DNA from: Thermoanaerobaculia bacterium
Lineage (GTDB): Bacteria > Acidobacteriota > Thermoanaerobaculia > Multivoradales > UBA5704
DNA length: 64,000 nucleotides
Direction: 5' to 3'
NCBI GenBank assembly: GCA_044866775.1
Contig: JBIOUG010000136.1
Location: 7,709 to 71,708 of the forward strand
In this document: positions 43,499 to 54,574 of the stretch, one piece after another
How the letters are laid out: every line of letters begins with the position of its first letter
How positions within the stretch are numbered: position 1 is the first letter of the stretch
The notes under the pieces: generated by a model
Told to the model about the DNA's origin: nothing
Seen by the model: the letters and a program-made list of their open reading frames with translations, nothing else
The model's database searches: none
Made by a program: the position numbers and the translations under genes

Positions 43499-44967
43499 GC
43501 GCCGGTCTCTTCCGGCGGCTCCCACGCCGGAGGCACGAGGCGCCGCAAGCCGTCGCGCGAGAGGGCAATGCCCGGCGCCTCGAGATCGAGGCGGTCCCAG
43601 AGCTGACAGGTCACCTGCTTGTGCTTCTGATCGAGCCCCTCGCAGACGTTCGAGTAGATGCAGCGCCGCACCTCGGCGCCCAGCCCGAGGCGGACCTTGC
43701 GGTACCAGTCGGGGTCGGCGAGGCTCTGGCGCGCCGCGGCGACGATATCGGCCTCGCCGCGGCGCAGGATGCCCTCGGCCTGCGAGAAGCTGGAGATGCC
43801 GCCCGCGACGACGACCGGCGTCGAGAAGCCGGCGGCGCGCACGGCGGCGCGGATGGCGGCGGTCGGCTCGACGTTGCGCCCGAACGGGCCGCGAGCGTCG
43901 GAGATCGCGGTCGGCATGCACTCGTAGCCGGAGGGGCCGGTGTAGGGATAGGCGGCCCAGCCGATCTTCGGCTGCTTGGCGTCCTCGAACTTGCCGCCGC
44001 GCGAGAGCGACAGGAAGTCCATGCCGGCGCGCGCCAGCTCGACGCCGAAGTAGACGGCGTCCTCCGCGGTGCTGCCGCCGGCGATGCAGTCCTCGGTCAG
44101 GTAGCGGCAGCCGACGGTGTAGTCGGCGCCGGCCCGCTCGCGCACTCGGCGGAAGACCTCGAGCGGCAGGCGCACGCGGTTCTCGCGCGGGCCGCCGTAG
44201 CCGTCCGGCCGGGTGTTCAGGGCGGAGAGGAACGAGGCCATGGTGTAGGCGTGGGCGTAGTGGAGCTCGACGCCGTCGAAGCCCGCCTCGCGGGCGCGGC
44301 AGGCGGCGTCGGCGAAGATGTCGGGGAGGACCTGCGGCAGGTCACGGACGTGCGGGCGGTCCAAGTCGGTGACGCGCTCGCGGAAGCCGAAGCGGAGGGC
44401 CTCGAGCTCGCGCGCGGTGAGGACGCGGTCGAGCGCGGGCTCGGAGAGCGCGAGGAGGCGCTCGCGGACGTCGGCTTCGGGGAGGTCGGCCGGGGCGCCG
44501 AGCGCCGCGCGGTGGCGGTCGGTCACCTGGAGGTAGCGGCGGAAGTAGGTCTCGGGCTCGGGACGGCGCTTGATCGCCAGGAAGTCGATGATCTGGATGA
44601 AGAGGCGGGTGCGGCCGCGGCTCGCGCGGCGCACGGTGTCGACGAGGTCGCGGAGGCCGGGGAGGAAGCGGTCGTGGCCGATGCGCAGGAGCGGGCCGCT
44701 CGGGATGTCGCGGACGCCGGTGGCCTCGACGACCAGGGCGCCGGGCTGGCCCTGGGCGAAGCGCTCGTACCAGGCGAGGACGTCGGGGGTGACGAAGCCG
44801 TCTTCGGTGGCGCGCCAGGGGACCATGGCCGGGACCCAGGTGCGCTCTTCGAGGCGGACGGAGCCGACCTGGATAGGCGAGAACCAGAGCGAGAGGGCAG
44901 CCTCCTCGCGCGTCGGCCAGTCGCCGGGGGGCGGCTCGTGCTTGATGCGCTCGGGAGGCTTCCACAT
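43495..44967 (-). CDS. Old-Yellow-Enzyme-like NADH:flavin oxidoreductase (matches the C-terminal reductase half of the bifunctional CoA-thioester monooxygenase-reductases)
   Basis: I chose the start ATG at 44967 (MWKPPERI...). FDGVELHYAHAYTMASFLS...NTRPDGYGG...VVAGGI...ADIVAAARQSLADPDW. Confidence 0.75.
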   Translation of the reverse strand: MWKPPERIKHEPPPGDWPTREEAALSLWFSPIQVGSVRLEERTWVPAMVPWRATEDGFVTPDVLAWYERFAQGQPGALVVEATGVRDIPSGPLLRIGHDRFLPGLRDLVDTVRRASRGRTRLFIQIIDFLAIKRRPEPETYFRRYLQVTDRHRAALGAPADLPEADVRERLLALSEPALDRVLTARELEALRFGFRERVTDLDRPHVRDLPQVLPDIFADAACRAREAGFDGVELHYAHAYTMASFLSALNTRPDGYGGPRENRVRLPLEVFRRVRERAGADYTVGCRYLTEDCIAGGSTAEDAVYFGVELARAGMDFLSLSRGGKFEDAKQPKIGWAAYPYTGPSGYECMPTAISDARGPFGRNVEPTAAIRAAVRAAGFSTPVVVAGGISSFSQAEGILRRGEADIVAAARQSLADPDWYRKVRLGLGAEVRRCIYSNVCEGLDQKHKQVTCQLWDRLDLEAPGIALSRDGLRRLVPPAWEPPEETGA

Positions 44968-45084
44968 GCCGCCGGCCAGTATAGCGGCGGCGTCCGAGGC
45001 GCATGTTTGCGCCCGAACCGCGGAGCGCAACCAGCGGCCAACCTGCACGTTCGGGGACCGTTTTTCCGTCTTCTCTCGTGGGGC

Positions 45085-45122
45085 TTGACAGAGGGCGTGA
45101 TTGTGGTCACAATGACCACATG
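45085..45122 (+). promoter_or_regulatory. sigma70-like promoter plus palindromic operator of the Phd/VapC module; possibly a leaderless transcript
   Basis: TTGACA (45085-45090), N17, CACAAT (45108-45113). The inverted repeat TGTGGTCA-caa-TGACCACA (45102-45120) spans the -10 and ends at the A of the ATG (45120). No SD is visible. Confidence 0.45.
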
Positions 45123-45404
45123 CGGCGCGCTGTGGGATCGCGAGAGCTGAAGACGCGGTTGGGGACCTACCTGCGCGAGGTGCAAGGGGGAGCGACCATC
45201 GTGGTCACGGAGCGCGGGCGACCGGTGGCCGAGCTACGGCCGGTTCAGCCGGCCGATAGCCTCGAGGGACGCCTGAATCAGATGGCGGCCAAGGGCTTGC
45301 TCAGCCGCGGGACGGGAAGACCGCTGCGCCCCTTCGAACCGATCAAGATCAGCGGTCCGCCCATTTCACAGACGATCATCGAGGACCGCGAGGACCGATT
45401 CTGA
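45120..45404 (+). CDS. type II antitoxin, Phd/YefM family
   Basis: MRRAVGSRELKTRLGTYLREVQGGATIVVTERGRPVAELRPV. Confidence 0.8.
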   Translation: MRRAVGSRELKTRLGTYLREVQGGATIVVTERGRPVAELRPVQPADSLEGRLNQMAAKGLLSRGTGRPLRPFEPIKISGPPISQTIIEDREDRF

Positions 45405-45829
45405 TCGACTTTCTCGACGCGAGCGCCCTGGTCAAGAACTACGTCGACGAGCCGGGGAGAGAGGACGTGCGGCGCGTCCTCGAGCGGGGCGGCGCGGCCG
45501 TGAGCCGTCTGTCGGAGGTCGAGGTGGCCTCGGCGCTGATGCGTCGCGTGCGCCTCGGCTCACTGCCGGCGGAGGAGTACGCGCGCGCCGCGCAAGCTCT
45601 GCGAGCGGACCTCGCTGATCTCGAGGTAGTGGAACTGGAAACGAGAGTCGTGACGTTCGCCACCACCCTCTTGGAGCGTCATCCCCTACGCGCCAGCGAC
45701 GCGATTCAACTCGCGTCCTGCCTGCTCTTGCGCGACAGCCTCCCGGAGCAGGTCGCCTTCCTGGCCTACGACCGGCGCCTCAACGAGGCCGCAGCGCGAG
45801 AGGGGCTGCAGCCGGCGACCGCCGACTGA
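45401..45829 (+). CDS. vapC: type II toxin VapC (PIN domain ribonuclease)
   Basis: LIDFLDASALVKNYVDE...SEVEVASAL...ASDAIQLA...AYDRRL carries the PIN acidic residues. It overlaps the antitoxin stop. The start codon is non-canonical or uncertain (CTG at 45401 or ATT at 45398); the track only reports from the GTG at 45467. Confidence 0.75.
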   Translation: MIDFLDASALVKNYVDEPGREDVRRVLERGGAAVSRLSEVEVASALMRRVRLGSLPAEEYARAAQALRADLADLEVVELETRVVTFATTLLERHPLRASDAIQLASCLLLRDSLPEQVAFLAYDRRLNEAAAREGLQPATAD

Positions 45830-46109
45830 CATCGCGCCCACGCCGCCGCACTACGCGGGGAGCTTGGGTGCCTCCACCTCCTCTCTGGCTACCTGCCCGT
45901 CGTCCTCGGGGAATTGCAAGACAGAGCCGAAACGATGACAATCAACGGTGGACCGCGAGGGAATAAGCACGCGGCAGCGCCGAAGCCATAGAATCCGCGC
46001 CGGCACACCTGTAGCAGACACAGCATGGGGTATCAAACGTGGCGACCAAGTGCGGGGTTGGTGACCCGTCCTCAGTACCCCTAAATTCACCCAGGAGCGA
46101 GCTCTGACA

Positions 46110-46691
46110 ATGCTGCCAATGCAGAACTCGTTTTGTTCGCGATTCGTGCCCGTAAGTCCTTTGGAATCAGAGGTCGATTTTCACCCAGAGGGCTTTTGCC
46201 ACGGGCTGCTGGGGGTACAGGTCGCCTTGGATCTCGACTCTCTACTCGTCGAACTGCTCTCGACCTATGATCTTCTGTGTGCCTTCGTCACGCGATTCTG
46301 CAAAGAGATTCTAGCAGAGCCAAAGAGATGGACCGTTGAAGGCGTTCTGGCGGACATGGACGAACCAGCAATGTGGCTTGAAGAGCTGCGGGAAGCGCGG
46401 AATCATTTCAACCATGGGGCGGGCCTATGGCCTGCCGTGAAGGTGCTCTCGCTCGACCCGCTTTCAATCGAGTTCGTTGCCCTCCGAGAGCATGGGTTGG
46501 CAAACCGCCCGGGAGGCTATGTTGCGTTCGCGACTATTGAACAAGTGTGGTATCAGGTTGACCAGTCCCTTCTCGGTATCCATTCCTGGTTGGTGAACAA
46601 GATCGTTCAAGTCGAGTCGGTGGAGGCGGACACTGTCGTGGAGGCGGACACCTCGAACCGTTCTAGCGCCGCAGCAGCTCGCGGGCGATGA
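46110..46691 (+). CDS. hypothetical protein in an AT-rich island
   Basis: About 50% GC in a hand-counted line and protein-like composition. I recognise no family. The 3' end overlaps the convergent acyl-CoA dehydrogenase by 29 nt. Confidence 0.5.
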   Translation: MLPMQNSFCSRFVPVSPLESEVDFHPEGFCHGLLGVQVALDLDSLLVELLSTYDLLCAFVTRFCKEILAEPKRWTVEGVLADMDEPAMWLEELREARNHFNHGAGLWPAVKVLSLDPLSIEFVALREHGLANRPGGYVAFATIEQVWYQVDQSLLGIHSWLVNKIVQVESVEADTVVEADTSNRSSAAAARGR

Positions 46692-47826
46692 CGAGGAGCT
46701 GGATCTCGGTCGTGCCCTCGTAGATGCGCAGCGCGCGGACGGAGCGGTAGAGGCGCTCGACCGGATGGTCGGCGAGGACACCCTGGCCGCCGAGGATCTG
46801 GAGGGCGTCGTCGACGATGCGCTGCGCGGCCTCGGTGGCGAAGGCCTTGGCGATGGCCGCCGGCAGGGTCAGGCGCTCGGCGCCGCCGTCGCCTTCCCAG
46901 GCGGCACGGTAGACCAGCAGGCGCGCGGCGGCGAGGTCCACCGCCGAGCGCGCGAGCTTCTCCTGCACGAGCTGGAACTCGGCCAGGGTCTTGCCGAACT
47001 GGCGCCGCTGCTTGGCGTGGGCGACCGCCTCGGCGAGCGCCCGCTCGGCCATACCGCAGGCCGCGGCGGCGACCGTCGGCCGCAGCCGGTCGAGAGTGCG
47101 CATGCCGAGCTTGAACCCCTCGCCCTCGGAGCCCAGGCGGGCCGCTTCCGGCACGCGGCAGCCGTCGAAGGCGATCTCGCCCAGCGGGTGCGGCGAGGAG
47201 AGCACCTGCGGCCGCACGAAGCGGAGCCCCGGCGTGCCGGCTTCGACCAGGAAGCAGGAGATGCCGCGCGCGCCCGCCGCCGGGTCGGTGGCGGCGAAGA
47301 CGCAGTAGAAGTCCGCCAGGCCGGCGTTCGAGATGAGCACCTTGCGGCCCTCGAGGACGTAACCGTCGCCCTCGCGGCAGGCGGTGGTGGCCAGGGCGGC
47401 CACGTCCGAGCCGGCCTCGGGCTCAGTCATGGCGAAGGCGGCCATGGCGCGGCCGGCGGCCACCTCGGGCAGCCAGCGGCGGCGCTGCTCGTCGCTGCCG
47501 GCGAGCGCGACCGGCAGCGACCCCAGGCACTGCAGGGCGAAGACGGCGTCGGCGAGCGGCGAGGCGGCGGCGAGGGTCTCGCGCAGCAGGCAGCAGGCGC
47601 GGAGGTCGAGGGCGCCGGCGCCCGCGTCCTCCGCCGGAACCGCGTAGCGCAGCCACCCGGCGTCGCCGAGGAGCGCCAGCAGCTCGCGCGCCTGGCGCCG
47701 CGCCGCCTCGTCGCCGGCCGGCGCCGGCAGCGGTCTGATCGCGCGCGCGGCGAAGGCGGCCGCCGCCTCGGCGAGCGCCAGGTGGCGGTCGTCGAGGAAG
47801 GCGCGAACGGCCGCGACGTCGCTCAC
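46663..47826 (-). CDS. acyl-CoA dehydrogenase
   Basis: [12 protein letters not shown]...[10 protein letters not shown]...[17 protein letters not shown]...IYEGTTEIQ. Confidence 0.9.
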   Translation of the reverse strand: MSDVAAVRAFLDDRHLALAEAAAAFAARAIRPLPAPAGDEAARRQARELLALLGDAGWLRYAVPAEDAGAGALDLRACCLLRETLAAASPLADAVFALQCLGSLPVALAGSDEQRRRWLPEVAAGRAMAAFAMTEPEAGSDVAALATTACREGDGYVLEGRKVLISNAGLADFYCVFAATDPAAGARGISCFLVEAGTPGLRFVRPQVLSSPHPLGEIAFDGCRVPEAARLGSEGEGFKLGMRTLDRLRPTVAAAACGMAERALAEAVAHAKQRRQFGKTLAEFQLVQEKLARSAVDLAAARLLVYRAAWEGDGGAERLTLPAAIAKAFATEAAQRIVDDALQILGGQGVLADHPVERLYRSVRALRIYEGTTEIQLLVIARELLRR

Positions 47827-48623
47827 TTGAATCGCGGCTCGCGCTTCGCCTTGAAGGCCTCGTACGCCTCGCGGAAGTCCGGGTGCAGCATGCAGGCGGC
47901 CTGGATCTCGGTCTCGGCGGCCAGCGCCGATTCGACGTCCATCGCCGCCTCGCGCAGCAGCAGGCGCTTGGTCACCTCGAGGCCGAAGGCGGGGCCGCGG
48001 GCGAGGCGCTCGGCGAGCGCGGTCGCCTCGGCGAGCACGCGGTCGGCGGGCACCACGCGGTGATAGAGCCCGATGCGCTCCGCTTGGCGCGCCGCGACGA
48101 AGTCGCCGAGCATCAGCAGCTCCGTGGCCCGCCCGAGCCCCACCAGCCGCGGCAGCAGCCAGGAGGCGCCCATGTCGGCGCCGGAGAGGCCCACCTTGGT
48201 GAAGAGGAAGGCGATCTTCGCCTCCTCGGCGGCGACGCGGAAGTCGCAGGCCGAGGCGACGACCGCGCCCGCCCCGGCCACCAGCCCGTTGAGCGCCGCC
48301 ACCACCGGCCGGCGGCAGTGCAGGATGGCGAGCACCAGCGCGCCGGTGACGCGCGTGAAGTCGAGCAGCCCCTGATAGTCGCGCGCGAAGAGGGCGCCGA
48401 TGATGTCGTCGACGTCGCCGCCCGAGCAGAAGGCGCGGCCGCTGCCGGTGAGCACGACCGCGCGCACGCCCGGCTCGGCGTCGAGGGCGCCGAAGACGGC
48501 GGTCAGCTCCTCGTAGACCTCGAAGGTGAGAGCGTTCAGGCGCTCCGGGCGGTCGAGCGTCACGGTGGCGACGCCGCTCGCCGCGTCGAGCGCGTAGCGG
48601 AAGCTGCGGGGGTCGATCGGCAT
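47823..48623 (-). CDS. enoyl-CoA hydratase/isomerase family protein
   Basis: I trimmed the start to the ATG at 48623 (MPIDPRSF...). VTLDRPERLNAL...VVLTGSGRAFCSGGDV. GTGA overlap with the dehydrogenase start. Confidence 0.85.
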   Translation of the reverse strand: MPIDPRSFRYALDAASGVATVTLDRPERLNALTFEVYEELTAVFGALDAEPGVRAVVLTGSGRAFCSGGDVDDIIGALFARDYQGLLDFTRVTGALVLAILHCRRPVVAALNGLVAGAGAVVASACDFRVAAEEAKIAFLFTKVGLSGADMGASWLLPRLVGLGRATELLMLGDFVAARQAERIGLYHRVVPADRVLAEATALAERLARGPAFGLEVTKRLLLREAAMDVESALAAETEIQAACMLHPDFREAYEAFKAKREPRFK

Positions 48624-48627
48624 GGCG

Positions 48628-49062
48628 TCAGGCGCCGGGGAGCACCGCCGTGCCCTCGATCTCCACCATGGCTCCCGGGACGAGGAGCGCCTGCACCTCG
48701 ACGAGGGCCATCGCCGGGTAGTGGCCGCCCATGACCGCGCGGTAGGCGGCACCGACGGCGGCGAGCTGGGCCAGGTAGTCCCGCCGGTCGGTGACGTAGA
48801 TGGTCAGACGCGCCAGGTGCTCGGGCGCGCCGCCCGCCGCGCGCACGACGGCGACGACGTTCTCGAGCGCCTTGCCGAACTGGCCGGCGAAGCCCTCCCC
48901 CACCAGCCGCTGCGCGGCGTCCCACGCGACCTGGCCGGCGACGAAGAGCAGCCTCCCGTCCGCCGGCGCGACGACGCCGTGCGCGTAGCCGCGCGGCGCG
49001 GGGAACCCGGGCGGTTGGACGGCGGTGAGGAACGGCGGACTCACGGGGCCGGATCGACTCAC
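48628..49062 (-). CDS. RidA-family (YjgF/Endoribonuclease L-PSP) enamine/imine deaminase-like protein
   Basis: FVAGQVA...LTIYVTD...PAMALVEVQALLVPGAMVEIEGTAV. Confidence 0.8.
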   Translation of the reverse strand: MSRSGPVSPPFLTAVQPPGFPAPRGYAHGVVAPADGRLLFVAGQVAWDAAQRLVGEGFAGQFGKALENVVAVVRAAGGAPEHLARLTIYVTDRRDYLAQLAAVGAAYRAVMGGHYPAMALVEVQALLVPGAMVEIEGTAVLPGA

Positions 49063-49871
49063 GCCAGCAGCGCGCCCCCGTCTACAACGACGGCCTGGCC
49101 GTTGACGCCGCGCGCCCGGTGGTCGCAGAGCATGACCACCAGGAACGCCACCTCCTCGGGCTCGATCAGGCGGTGCTGCGGCGTCGTGCCGAGGATCCGC
49201 GCGCGCGCCTCCTCGGGCGGCATGCCGGTCTTGCCGGCGATGCGGGCCACCGACTCGTCGGTCATGCGGGTGTCGACGTAGCCCGGGCAGACGGCGTTGA
49301 CGGTGACGCCGCTCGCCGCCACCTCGGCCGCCACGGCGCGCGTGAAGCCGACGACCGCGTGCTTCGAGGCGGCGTAGGCGGCGATGTAGGGAGCGGCGGT
49401 GCGGCCGGCGATCGAGGCGACGTTGACGACGCGGCCCCAGCCGCGCTCGACCATGCCGGGCAGCAGGGCCTGCGTGCAGAGGAAGGTGCCGGTCGCGTTG
49501 ACCGCGAAAACGCGGTTCCAGGTCTCGAGGGTGATCGCCTTGAGCGGCGCCGAGGTGGCGATGCCGGCGTTGTTGACCAGCACGTCGACGCGCCCCATGC
49601 GCTCCTGGGCGGCGGCGGCGAGGGCCCGCACCTGGTCGGGATCGGTGACGTCGCAGGCCACGCCCCAGGCCGCGTGGCCGGCGGCGCGGAGCTCCTCGGC
49701 GACGCCCTCCACCTCGGCGACGGTGCGGGCGGCGAGGAGGACCGCGGCGCCTTCGGCGGCGAGCGCTCGACCGACGGCGGCGCCGATGCCGCGCCCGCCT
49801 CCCGTCACCACCGCCGTGCGGCCTTCGAGGATCACGGCGCGGACGTTAGAGCCGAGGTGGGGGGCTGTCAA
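49059..49871 (-). CDS. SDR-family oxidoreductase
   Basis: AVVTGGGRGIGAA...NNAGI...YAASKHAV (YxxxK)...AVCPGYVDT. GTGA overlap with the RidA start. Confidence 0.85.
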   Translation of the reverse strand: MTAPHLGSNVRAVILEGRTAVVTGGGRGIGAAVGRALAAEGAAVLLAARTVAEVEGVAEELRAAGHAAWGVACDVTDPDQVRALAAAAQERMGRVDVLVNNAGIATSAPLKAITLETWNRVFAVNATGTFLCTQALLPGMVERGWGRVVNVASIAGRTAAPYIAAYAASKHAVVGFTRAVAAEVAASGVTVNAVCPGYVDTRMTDESVARIAGKTGMPPEEARARILGTTPQHRLIEPEEVAFLVVMLCDHRARGVNGQAVVVDGGALLA

Positions 49872-49964
49872 GAAAAGCTTTCAGGTAAAGAGCGGCCGGC
49901 TGGTGTGCGAGGCGAGCTGCCAGGGACCATGGGGCCGCGGACGGCGAGGCGATAACATCACTCG

Positions 49965-50764
<800 letters not shown>

Positions 50765-50768
<4 letters not shown>

Positions 50769-51496
50769 TCGTCGTTCCCGAGGAGACTTCCTACCTCTTC
50801 GTCACCCAGTCCGACCACGCGCGCTTCGCCGGCGAGCTGCTGGCGCTCTGGCGCGCCGACGGGCTGCCCTACCATCCGCGGCGCGACGACCTGCTCTTCG
50901 CCGCGCGCGAGCACGACAACGGCTGGCGCGAGGCGGACGCGGCGCCGCGCTGGGACGCGGCGCGCGGCCGGCCGCACGACTTCACCAGCCTGCCGGTGCG
51001 CGACCGCCGGGAGGTCTGGGAGCGCGGCACGGCGCGCTATGCGGCGGGACGCCCGTATGCGGCGCTCCTCATCACCCGCCACGCGCGGCAGCTCTTCGCC
51101 GAGCGGCGCGGCGATCCGGAGTGGGAGCGGCTGCTCGCCGTCCTCGACGACCTCGAGGCCGAGCTGCTGGCGGCGACCGGCGCCGCCGCCGAGGAGCTTG
51201 CCGGCGACTACCGCTGGGTGGACCTGACCGACCTCGCCTCGCTCGCCGCCTGCAACCGCTGGCGCGACCCCTTCCGCCGGCACGGCGTGGCCGGCCGCGT
51301 TGCCGACGGCGCGCTGGCGCTCGATCCCTTCCCGCTCGCCGGCGCCACCACCTTCACGGTGCCGTGCCGGCGCATCCCGCGCCGCGCTTATGCGGGGGAC
51401 GCCGATCTCGGCGGCGAGCTGGCCGCCGCGCGCTGGGACTCGTTGACGATCCGGGTCGTGCCGCCAGGCGCAAAAGCGTTCGCGCCGGGCGTCTAG
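50765..51496 (+). CDS. DUF3891-like protein
   Basis: GTG start at 50765 overlaps the creatininase stop (GTGA). FVTQSDHARFAGELL...HDNGWRE.... The family call is from memory. Confidence 0.55.
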
Positions 51497-51960
51497 TCGT
51501 TCGCCGGCTCGGGGGCGCCGCCGCTCTTGGCGAGCCCCGCCGAGAGGCGCTGTTCGCAGACCAGCCGGTAGACCCCCAGCAGGTCCTCGTAGACCCTGGA
51601 GAAGGCCTTGTCCATCTCGCGCGGCAGCAGCGGGCTGCCGGGGAGGAGCGAGCGCATGAGCACCTCCCGGTCGCGGACCTCGGCGGGCATCTTGCTTTGG
51701 CCGCCGGTCGGGTAGGCATCGCTGGACGCGAGGTCCGCCTCGCGGCGATCGAGCATGTACATCGTGTAGAAGAACTCGTAGGGGCCGAGGCGCAGCACCT
51801 TCAGCACCTTGGCGAGCGACTCGAGCTTCGGCAGCTCCTTGCCGTTCTCGTACTTCGAGAGCTGGCTCTTGCCGATCCCAGCCTGCCGGGCGACCTCGCC
51901 TTGGCTCTCGTCGCGCAGCTCGCGCAGCAGCCGTAGGGTACGTCCGAGGTTCGCGAACAT
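51493..51960 (-). CDS. XRE-family HTH transcriptional regulator with a C-terminal extension
   Basis: Start ATG at 51960 (MFANLGRTLRLLRELRDESQGEVARQAGIGKSQLSKYENGK). Confidence 0.75.
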   Translation of the reverse strand: MFANLGRTLRLLRELRDESQGEVARQAGIGKSQLSKYENGKELPKLESLAKVLKVLRLGPYEFFYTMYMLDRREADLASSDAYPTGGQSKMPAEVRDREVLMRSLLPGSPLLPREMDKAFSRVYEDLLGVYRLVCEQRLSAGLAKSGGAPEPAND

Positions 51961-52126
51961 GCGGGGAATGTAGCCGAACGGCACCCCGCGCACAACTGTA
52001 AGTCTCTTGCTGCGAAGGACTTAGCGCGAAGTCGTGATGCCGATACGAGCAACGAAAGGCTGGGTGTAGGGCGTAAAAGGATGGTGAGTCGTCTGTCTTG
52101 GCTTCTGAAGGCCAATGTCATCAACC

Positions 52127-52618
52127 TCAGCCGCGCGTTGGGTCGCGCCTCGTCTCATCGCGCCGGGCGCCGGGACCGGCCTCTCGTGGCAGCACGCGAA
52201 ACACCACGACGACGTCGCCGATCTCGACCGTCCCCTGGGCGAGCGGCTCGCCCTGGCGCAGGCTCGACTCGACGAACGCCTCGATGCGCCCGAGAGCGTC
52301 GCGCAGCTCGCTCGGCCAGCCCCTGCCGGCCGGCACCGGGTAGGTCGGCTCGGCCGTCGTGGCCTCGCGCGTGCGGCGAGCGCGGCGCAGCGCGGAGGCC
52401 TCGGCCTCGACCAGGTCGTAGCGGCGAAAGAACTCCTGGCGCGAGATGCCGTGCGCCGCGAGCACCCGCTCGAGGGTGCCGAAGGTCGCCTCCTGCTTGC
52501 TGTTCTCGATGCGCGAGAGCTGCCCCTTGCCGACCTGGGCCTCCGCGCCGAGCTGGGCCAAGGTCTTGCCGCTCTCCTTGCGCAAGCGGCGCAGGGTTTC
52601 TCCGATGAGCTCGAACAC
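52127..52618 (-). CDS. XRE-family HTH transcriptional regulator, paralogue of 51493..51960
   Basis: IGETLRRLRKESGKTLAQLGAEAQVGKGQLSRIENSK. Confidence 0.75.
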   Translation of the reverse strand: MFELIGETLRRLRKESGKTLAQLGAEAQVGKGQLSRIENSKQEATFGTLERVLAAHGISRQEFFRRYDLVEAEASALRRARRTREATTAEPTYPVPAGRGWPSELRDALGRIEAFVESSLRQGEPLAQGTVEIGDVVVVFRVLPREAGPGARRDETRRDPTRG

Positions 52619-52810
52619 GATGCCGCAATCTACTGCGGAGCGTCCGGCTTTGCAAGTGTAAGTGCTTTCGGATGAGTGACTTACGATAAGAACCAGGTTA
52701 CTGGTGCAAGGAATTTACACCGCGTTCCGTCAAACTTTGTGCCGCTCAGCCGAAGAAGTTACGTCGAACCGGCCGAGAAATCAGGTTGGAAAGACCCGCC
52801 TGAACCACGA

Positions 52811-52838
52811 CGGCCGGCCCGGTTTCCCGAGCCGGCCG
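52811..52838 (-). terminator. terminator-like hairpin after groEL
   Basis: CGGCCGGCCCGG-TTTC-CCGAGCCGGCCG (11/12-bp stem, GAAA loop on the minus strand), 33 nt downstream of the groEL stop. The U-tract is weak. Confidence 0.4.
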
Positions 52839-52870
52839 CGATGTGAAGACTGAAGACGTCGGGTTGGCGT

Positions 52871-54520
<1,650 letters not shown>

Positions 54521-54574
54521 CTAGGTATGCGATCTCGGGATCGGGATTGATCGGGTGCGTGGCGAGCGGCGCGC

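Noticed and set aside
45851-46090. A 79-aa minus-strand ORF in the AT-rich island.
   Set aside because: It has no SD and no recognisable motif, and its composition is odd. It may be real, but I cannot support it from sequence alone.
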